Assembly (NCBI GenBank): GCA_041389105.1 | Contig: JAWKSO010000004.1 | Coordinates: 20,652-84,651, forward strand | DNA from: Minisyncoccota bacterium | GTDB lineage: Bacteria; Patescibacteriota; Minisyncoccia; Phycocordibacterales; CSBR16-119 | Direction: 5' to 3' | Length of the DNA stretch: 64,000 bases | Shown: piece by piece, positions 57,579 to 64,000 of the stretch | Layout of the letters: each line of letters starts with the position of its first letter | How positions within the stretch are numbered: the stretch's first letter is position 1 | The notes under the pieces: model-generated | Told to the model about the DNA's origin: nothing | Seen by the model: only the letters and a program-made list of their open reading frames with translations | Database searches by the model: none | Position numbers and translations under genes: made by a program

Positions 57579-58550
57579 CTAACCAAAATAACTACTAATC
57601 ATAACAATACTTTCTATGGTGTCTTGTATTAACTTCGCAAAGATCCATGACCCAAGAAGCACAGCGCCACCTATAATCGCATATGTGAAAGCATTTTTGG
57701 CTGTTTCGAGTTGTTTATCATTTCCTCTAGCTGTGACAAAAAGAAGTCCGGAATAAATAATAGCAATAGCAATAATAGGAATACCGATAGTTAGCGCGAA
57801 GTTTAAGACCTTCTGTATGAAGTCTATTAGAGTCATGTCGCTAGGACCTATTGGATTTTGGATGTTTATCTCGATATCTTCTCCGGCGATTCCAGTGGAA
57901 GTTCCTGTGGAGTTATTGTTAGAATTATTTTCATTTTGTAATTCAGTATCTCCGCTGTGTACATCACCGAAGGCTATTTCTACTACATAAGACCAATTTT
58001 TATTGTCGCAACCGTTGTTGCAGTTGTAGTTAATATTCGAGGTTAAAGAATAACTACTTACATTATTTAAAACATCGTCGTTTATTCTTATATAGTATCT
58101 ACAGTCTGGATCACCGGTGCTTTCACATTCGTCGTCTCCAGCTCTGAAAACGAGAGTAAAGTTTGGAACACTAGGATTTATTGTTCTATTATCAAAGCCC
58201 GTAATATCATCATCATCCGAAGAACCAGGTGCACCCAAACCTTCAAACATATTTGAACCACCATCGTCAGTTATATCTTCTCCAACATCATATTCTGTAA
58301 TACTCAGCTCAAAAGTGTCGTTTACTCCGGTACATCCTGTAGTCTGAAAATCAATATAAACATAAGGTGGATTTGTGTCGAAATACCAACCATCTGGTGG
58401 TATTGCTGTAGTGGCGCCTTGTGCGTTTACTGTTCGGAATTGAGCGCTATTTACCACACAAGCTGCCTCGGCGTTTTCTGTGTTTATTAAAAACAGCCCG
58501 CCTAAAACAAATGTGAAAGATAAAATAAATTTTAAGAATTTAATATTCAT
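57579..58550 (-). CDS. pilin-module protein, paralogue 5 (323 aa): signal, Cys/Asp/Asn-rich domain, C-terminal TrbC/VirB2-like module
   Basis: Intact. MNIKFLKFILSFTFVLGGLFL..AEA. C-terminus LIDFIQKVLNFALTIGIPIIAIAIIYSGLLFVTARGNDKQLETAKNAFTYAIIGGAVLLGSWIFAKLI. Confidence 0.6.
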   Translation of the reverse strand: MNIKFLKFILSFTFVLGGLFLINTENAEAACVVNSAQFRTVNAQGATTAIPPDGWYFDTNPPYVYIDFQTTGCTGVNDTFELSITEYDVGEDITDDGGSNMFEGLGAPGSSDDDDITGFDNRTINPSVPNFTLVFRAGDDECESTGDPDCRYYIRINDDVLNNVSSYSLTSNINYNCNNGCDNKNWSYVVEIAFGDVHSGDTELQNENNSNNNSTGTSTGIAGEDIEINIQNPIGPSDMTLIDFIQKVLNFALTIGIPIIAIAIIYSGLLFVTARGNDKQLETAKNAFTYAIIGGAVLLGSWIFAKLIQDTIESIVMISSYFG

Positions 58551-58551
58551 A

Positions 58552-59763
58552 TTATATACCTAGGATTCCTAATAATGGTCCAGTGTATCCAAAAACAATC
58601 AAGACTGTCCTGACGATAAGCCAAGCTGCGAGAAGTATGATAAGTCCGATTACAGCATTTCCGATTATTGTTTTGGCTTGATCTTTCTTGCTTGGATTTC
58701 CTCCGCTTGTTAAGAGTAAGAATCCAGCATAGATAAACATCATTGTAATAATAGGAATACCGATAATAAATATTAGAAATCTTATAACTCTATTTACCAA
58801 TAAGAGAAGTTTCTCAAAATTACATTCTGTTTGTATACCATCACAATTTATAAGTCCACCTTCAAAATCTTCGCCAGAAGTTAAAACGACTTGACCTGAA
58901 CCGCCACCAGATGAAGAATCTTCTGTGTCAGACAAAATGAAAGGTATATCTTCAAACACAAGCGAGAGCTCTCCTGCACCTGGTTGGTCGTTTATTAGTT
59001 TTACCCAATAGAATTGATCCAAGCTTAAGTTTGCGCCAGGTGGCACTGTAACACTAATAGAACCTACTGCGTTAAATACTGCACTTCCCGCCCAAACAAC
59101 CGAGTCTTCATTTCCATCAATCCCCTGCCCAGGACTATCTTCTGTTAAAATATAAAGAGCGACCGGCATACCTTGGATGGCCACGCCTCCAGAAGAGTTG
59201 TACATGTTTACGCTTGATGGCACATCTAGAGTAAGGATGACAGATCCATTTGATTGTTGGTCTACGTTTAAATTTAGATTTTGAAGTTTTTGAGTTTCTA
59301 CTATTACATAATCCCGAACTGGATTTGCATTTCCTTGAAGCTGATGCCATTCAACAATATCAAAATAGTATCTAGTCGCAGGCCAAAGAAGGTTTTGAAA
59401 ATTGTTTGGCATGTTGAAAGAAAATTGATTACTACTTATTGGAGTAAGATTTGGTGGGGTCGATGTAAAAAGATTTGAAGTATCAGCGGGAACATAACCA
59501 AAAACATCTCCAGAGACGTTTAAGCTTCCGTTTGGATTTGTTGTCACATCTCCAGCAAAACCAACCTCAACTTGCCATCTAAAAGATGGGTTTTGGACGT
59601 CTGTTGTCATCACGCCGTTTCCTGTCACAGAGAAGACACCGGGAGTGAGGTTCCATTGAACGTCTTGTATATGTTCACTAAAAGTCTGTGCAAAAGAAAA
59701 AACAGGGAAAAATAATCCGGCCAAAAGTATTGTTATTATTTTTTTGTTTAGGAATTTTTTCAT
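58552..59763 (-). CDS. pilin-module protein, paralogue 6 (403 aa): signal, beta-rich domain, SSGGGSG linker, C-terminal TrbC/VirB2-like module
   Basis: Intact. MKKFLNKKIITILLAGLFFPVFSFAQ. C-terminus LLLLVNRVIRFLIFIIGIPIITMMFIYAGFLLLTSGGNPSKKDQAKTIIGNAVIGLIILLAAWLIVRTV. Confidence 0.6.
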   Translation of the reverse strand: MKKFLNKKIITILLAGLFFPVFSFAQTFSEHIQDVQWNLTPGVFSVTGNGVMTTDVQNPSFRWQVEVGFAGDVTTNPNGSLNVSGDVFGYVPADTSNLFTSTPPNLTPISSNQFSFNMPNNFQNLLWPATRYYFDIVEWHQLQGNANPVRDYVIVETQKLQNLNLNVDQQSNGSVILTLDVPSSVNMYNSSGGVAIQGMPVALYILTEDSPGQGIDGNEDSVVWAGSAVFNAVGSISVTVPPGANLSLDQFYWVKLINDQPGAGELSLVFEDIPFILSDTEDSSSGGGSGQVVLTSGEDFEGGLINCDGIQTECNFEKLLLLVNRVIRFLIFIIGIPIITMMFIYAGFLLLTSGGNPSKKDQAKTIIGNAVIGLIILLAAWLIVRTVLIVFGYTGPLLGILGI

Positions 59764-61078
59764 TATCTAGAGAGTAAGTTTTTTAATTCTTTGTTTGTGT
59801 CGGCAACAGAAGATGAATAATCTTTCAAACCTGACAAAACATTTTCCACCATATCACTGAAAATCTTGTTTGTCTCAGAATAACTAGGATCAACCCAAGA
59901 ACGTGAAGCGATAGCTGATTTATAATAGACGTCTGTGAATTTTGTGAGTGAAGATGAAGGAGTAAGTAAATCTCTTCTGGCTGGAGTGAGTCCTGAGACA
60001 AAAGAAAATGGTGCTGCGAGCTGTCCGTTGGCTAATTGACCTGCGACATAAAAAGCACCTTGAGGATTTTTAGATGTTTTAGGAATCGCTAAAGCATGAA
60101 TATTGGAATATGTTAAGACGTTTTGAGAACCTTCGACTTGAGGAAGATTTGCGATGTCGAAGTTTAAGTTTGGATTGATTTTTTCTATCAAAGGTATTTC
60201 GCTAGCGAATCCAAAATATATAGAAAGGTCTCCTCCGACAAAAGCCGTGAGCGAATCTGGTCTTGATTTGTTCAAGAATAAACAGATTTTAGAGGATTGG
60301 AAAACTCAAGAAAGAATTTTAGAGTTTCTTCTGCAGGTTTTGCTGAAACTAAAGATTTCCCTGAAAAAACAGGAGTGTAAACAGATTTTGCGTAATCTCT
60401 CACGACCACGCTGTTGCCCAGCTGGATGTTCATCGCTAATATTATTTCTTTGAAGTTTTGAATATTTTTTGATTCTCCAAGAGCGACTCCGCTTCTACTT
60501 ATTTCTAGAGTTCGTTTTTCTCTGTGAGCTGTGGAACAAGAGTTGCAAAATCTTTCCAGTATTTTGGAGGGGCGACTATTCCTTTTGAATCGAAATGATC
60601 TTTGTTATAAAACATAATCAAAGGATCAGATAAAAAAGGATAACCAAGGATTCCGTTTTCTCTTTTGAAAACATCGGCGGCTTGAATATATGTATCGGCA
60701 AACATTCTCTGAGTAAAACCTTGATAAGGTATTTCAATAACTTTGTCTGCGTAAATGTTTATTAAGTCGTTAGAAAGGAAGAAAATATCTGGCGTACCAC
60801 CAAAAGCAAAAGAATCTAGAAGGTCTTTTCGTAAGTTAAGGATTTTTCTCGATATAGTTTAAGGTTAGCTGTCCTCCAGATTGATTATTAAAAAAGTCTA
60901 CCGTATCTCTTAGTTTACTTTTTGATACAGTTCCCCACATTGTAACCGTACCGACAGCTCCGCCGGTCGGACTATCGGATGCTTTAGTTGGAAGTTTTAT
61001 CGCTCCAGAAAAAAATGCTGCGGCAAGAGCACCAAATATACCGAAAATAACTAGTAGTACTATTTGAAAAGTTTTCAT
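59763..61078 (-). pseudogene. ABC transporter extracellular solute-binding protein (family 1-like), frameshifted
   Basis: Signal/TM MKTFQIVLLVIFGIFGALAAAFF (60836..61078). ILGYPFLSDPLIMFYNKDHFDSKGI..PPKYWKDF (60505..60705). C-terminal ORF 59763..60275. Confidence 0.65.
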
Positions 61079-61128
61079 TATCTTATATTTTAAGCCAAAA
61101 ACATAAAAACAAGAAACAAAAGTGGGTA

Positions 61129-61665
61129 TTACGCCTTTTTGAAAATAATGCCGTAGTGATGGTTTCCGACCGGCACGCTTTCCTCGAAAACAAAACCTAT
61201 TTTCTCAAACATGTTTTTGGAAGTTTCTTCGTCTACAATATTTTCTGGTTGAGGACCGATTCCTCCGAAAGACTCTGACCAATCCACAAGAAGAACTTTT
61301 CCACCCGATTTCAAAACCCGAAAACATTCTTTAACTAAGGACTCTTTATGCTGGACTTGGAAAAGTATGTTGGAAGCTATCAAATAATCTAAAGATGAGT
61401 CGCGAAGTTTAGAACCACCTTCTTTTTCTAAATCACCCCAGACAGTCTCGATGTTTTTAATGCTTTTTTGAGTTACGTCTTTTTGAATTTTCATCAAAAG
61501 GCTTTTTTGAATATCCACAGCGTAAACCTTACCCGAATCACCGACTAAATCTGAAAGTGGAAAAATATAGTGACCAGAACCTGACCCAAAATCAGCTACA
61601 ACAGAACCTTCTCTAACTTTTAAATGCTTGATATTTTTTTCTGGATTTGAGAAATTTAAAATCAT
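61129..61665 (-). CDS. class I SAM-dependent methyltransferase
   Basis: VVADFGSGSGHYIFPLS..KVYAVDIQ (motif I / post-I). Intact 178 aa. Confidence 0.75.
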   Translation of the reverse strand: MILNFSNPEKNIKHLKVREGSVVADFGSGSGHYIFPLSDLVGDSGKVYAVDIQKSLLMKIQKDVTQKSIKNIETVWGDLEKEGGSKLRDSSLDYLIASNILFQVQHKESLVKECFRVLKSGGKVLLVDWSESFGGIGPQPENIVDEETSKNMFEKIGFVFEESVPVGNHHYGIIFKKA

Positions 61666-61721
61666 AGATACATTATATAACAGAAGATATTAAGAAAATA
61701 GACGAAGCTGTGAAGAAGTAA

Positions 61722-61752
61722 CAAAAAACACCGGGTTTTTCCGGTGGTTTTT
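61722..61752 (-). terminator. intrinsic terminator after gyrA
   Basis: Minus strand: CACCGG-AAAAAC-CCGGTG followed by TTTTTTG. Confidence 0.6.
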
Positions 61753-61770
61753 GTTTTTAGTTTATTATTT

Positions 61771-64000
61771 TTACAAACAAGTAAGAGATGCTAGTGAATC
61801 CCCTGCTCTTGGCTTCATAATTTTTACACCTTGAGTCTGCCTTCCAAGAATAGAAATAGATTCGATGTCTGTTTTGATAACCTGGCCCTTCTTTGAGATT
61901 GCGATTATTTCAGAAACTTCTGGAGTGATAAGACTCGCGACAACCAACTCACCTGTTTTTGCTGTCACTTTGGCTGTTTTTATTCCGCTTCCGCCTCTTT
62001 TTTGAGTTTTGTATTCTTCGAGTTTTGTTCTTTTTCCAAAACCATTTTCAGTCATAACTAAAAGTGTTGCGTCTTTTACGTCTTTTGTGATTACTCCAAC
62101 ACCGACAATCATATCATCTTTTCCAAGCTTCATTCCACGCACACCTCCGGCACTACGGCCCATTTCTCTGACATCTGAACTCTTAAATCTGATAGATTGA
62201 CCTTTCTTTGTTGCGACAATAACCTCGTCTGTTTTACCTAAGAAATTTGCAGAGTAAAGTTCGTCGCCCGCACCAAGTTTGATAGCGATAAGTCCGCTTC
62301 TTCGAACCTCCTTAAAGCTTTCCGCAGAAACTTTTTTCGTAACTCCTTGTCTTGTAACCAAAAGTAAAAATTCACTATTTGCCTTTTTATCTTTGTCCAT
62401 GGCGACAATAGAAGTGACTTTTTCTTCTGCTCCCAAAGATAGGAAGTTCATAATAGACTTACCTTTTGTCGCTCGACGACCTTCTGGGATTTCGTGCATT
62501 TTTATTTGATATGCTTTTCCAAGGTTTGTGAAAAATAGCAAATCAGAATGTGTAGAAGTGTTTAGAAGCTGGCTTACCACATCTTCTTCTTTAGTTTCCA
62601 AATCCACCACTCCGACTCCACCTCTTTTCTGACTTCTGTATTCTGTCGGATCTGTTCTCTTCACATATCCTCCTAGGGTGTAAACCAAAACAGAATCTTT
62701 TTCTGGAATAAGATCTTCATCAGAAATAGATTTAACTCCGCCTTTCACGACGCGCGTTCTTCTTTCGTCTCCGTATTTTTCTTTTATTTCTTTTAGTTCT
62801 TCTGAGATTACAGCTAAGATTTTCTTAGGGCTTGCAAGTAAATCTTTTAGATATTTTATCAAGGATAGTTTTTCTTTGAGTTCATCTTCAATTTCTTTTC
62901 GTTCTAGACCTGCGAGCTTTTGAAGTCGCATATCCAAAATAGCAGCAGCTTGAAGATCTGAGAATTTGAATTTCTTCATTAAGTTTACTTTTGCTTCTTC
63001 TTTATCTTTCGATGCACGGATTGTTTTTATAACCTGATCAATATGATCAAGAGCGATTTTCAAACCTTCTAAGATATGAGCGCGTGCTTCTGCTTTAGCT
63101 AAGTCGAATTTTGTTCTTCGCACCACCACGACTTGTCTATGCGAAATAAACTCAGACAAGAAATCTTTTAGAGATAGGGTTTGTGGCACACCATCTACCA
63201 AAGCAACCATGTTAAAGTTAAAATTTTGCTCGAGCTGAGTGTTTTTATATAGAGTGTTTAAAACTTTTTGTGGATGAGCTGTGCTCTTTAGGTCGATAAC
63301 AATTCTTATGTCTGTTGTAGATTCGTCTCGTAGATCTTTTAGACCTTGGATTTTTTTATCTCGAAAAAGATCAGCTATTTGAGTTATTAGGTTTGATTTG
63401 TTTACTTGATATGGGATTGAAGTTATAACGATTTGCGCTTGACCCATTTTTGATTCACCTATTTCCGCTTCTCCTCTACAAACAACCCCTCCGCGACCCG
63501 TCGAATAAGCAGCTAAAATATCTTTTTTATTGTAAACTATTCCACCTGTCGGGAAATCAGGTGCTTGAACAAACTCCACCAAATCTTCTGTTGCGGCTTT
63601 TGGATTATCTATAAGATGAAGAGTTGCATCTACAACTTCCGTTAGGTTGTGTGGAGGGATTTTAGTTGCCATACCCACAGCAATACCAAGAGTTCCATTT
63701 AGAAGAAGGTTCGGGACGGAAGCTGGCATAACAGACGGCTCTTTTAAAGTGTCATCGAAGTTTGGACGGAAGTCGACTGTGTCTTTTTCAATATCTTTCA
63801 AAAGTTCTCCTGAGATTTTAGACATTTTTGCTTCTGTATAACGCATCGCCGCTGCAGAATCTCCGTCGATAGAACCAAAATTTCCTTGCCCGATAACAAG
63901 CGGATATCTAAAAGAGAATTCTTGAACAGTGTTTACCATCGCATCATAAACAGAAGAGTCTCCATGAGGGTGATATTTACCGATCACGTCTCCGACGATT
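61771..64000 (-). CDS. gyrA: DNA gyrase subunit A (5' end lies beyond the window)
   Basis: [15 protein letters not shown]..., the frame is open to the window edge, and the C-terminal beta-pinwheel repeats are present. Confidence 0.95.
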   Translation of the reverse strand, partial: IVGDVIGKYHPHGDSSVYDAMVNTVQEFSFRYPLVIGQGNFGSIDGDSAAAMRYTEAKMSKISGELLKDIEKDTVDFRPNFDDTLKEPSVMPASVPNLLLNGTLGIAVGMATKIPPHNLTEVVDATLHLIDNPKAATEDLVEFVQAPDFPTGGIVYNKKDILAAYSTGRGGVVCRGEAEIGESKMGQAQIVITSIPYQVNKSNLITQIADLFRDKKIQGLKDLRDESTTDIRIVIDLKSTAHPQKVLNTLYKNTQLEQNFNFNMVALVDGVPQTLSLKDFLSEFISHRQVVVVRRTKFDLAKAEARAHILEGLKIALDHIDQVIKTIRASKDKEEAKVNLMKKFKFSDLQAAAILDMRLQKLAGLERKEIEDELKEKLSLIKYLKDLLASPKKILAVISEELKEIKEKYGDERRTRVVKGGVKSISDEDLIPEKDSVLVYTLGGYVKRTDPTEYRSQKRGGVGVVDLETKEEDVVSQLLNTSTHSDLLFFTNLGKAYQIKMHEIPEGRRATKGKSIMNFLSLGAEEKVTSIVAMDKDKKANSEFLLLVTRQGVTKKVSAESFKEVRRSGLIAIKLGAGDELYSANFLGKTDEVIVATKKGQSIRFKSSDVREMGRSAGGVRGMKLGKDDMIVGVGVITKDVKDATLLVMTENGFGKRTKLEEYKTQKRGGSGIKTAKVTAKTGELVVASLITPEVSEIIAISKKGQVIKTDIESISILGRQTQGVKIMKPRAGDSLASLTCL

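Noticed and set aside
1-64000. Whether the many broken genes reflect an alternative genetic code, such as the UGA recoding known in some CPR lineages.
   Set aside because: Wherever I traced them, the interruptions are changes of reading frame, not in-frame UGA codons. The single in-frame stop I found (53940) is TAA. Intact genes terminate normally with TAA, TAG and TGA.

Overview
Low-G+C bacterial chromosome segment. The gene content looks like a Patescibacteria/CPR (Parcubacteria-type) genome: short ValS and IF-2, a sigma-region-4/HARE-HTH protein, DUF4446, TraX, Gmad2, TrbC/VirB2-like pilin paralogues and many tiny ORFans. This assignment is an inference, not a database result. I recognise about 45 housekeeping genes, including mltG, rseP, frr, mreB, priA, ybeY-ftsA-ftsZ, trxB, tsaD, valS, lepA, relA/spoT, parB, miaA, rpmG, clpB, iscS-like, infB-rbfA and a partial gyrA. 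There are 11 tRNA genes. I saw no rRNA, CRISPR array, transposase, integrase or reverse transcriptase. About half of the recognisable genes are broken by frameshifts, and the damage falls in kb-scale blocks that alternate with perfectly intact blocks. This looks like assembly or sequencing error rather than biology, but it needs read-level checking. Observations worth a second look: (1) six tandem genes encoding a TrbC/VirB2-like pilin module fused to unrelated N-terminal surface domains, with no T4SS machinery in the window; (2) many compact, visibly more G+C-rich ORFan cassettes with their own promoter and terminator, wedged between housekeeping or tRNA genes, one of them inserted into the miaA 3' end with a perfect 32-bp duplication; (3) a ~480-nt promoter-to-terminator noncoding unit rich in GNRA hairpins; (4) a ~155-nt hairpin RNA whose 3' end is a 20-nt copy of the adjacent tRNA-Leu 3' end; (5) a possible cyclodipeptide synthase; (6) a ~157-nt imperfect hairpin upstream of clpB. 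All coordinates were worked out by hand, and ends of frameshifted genes are approximate.
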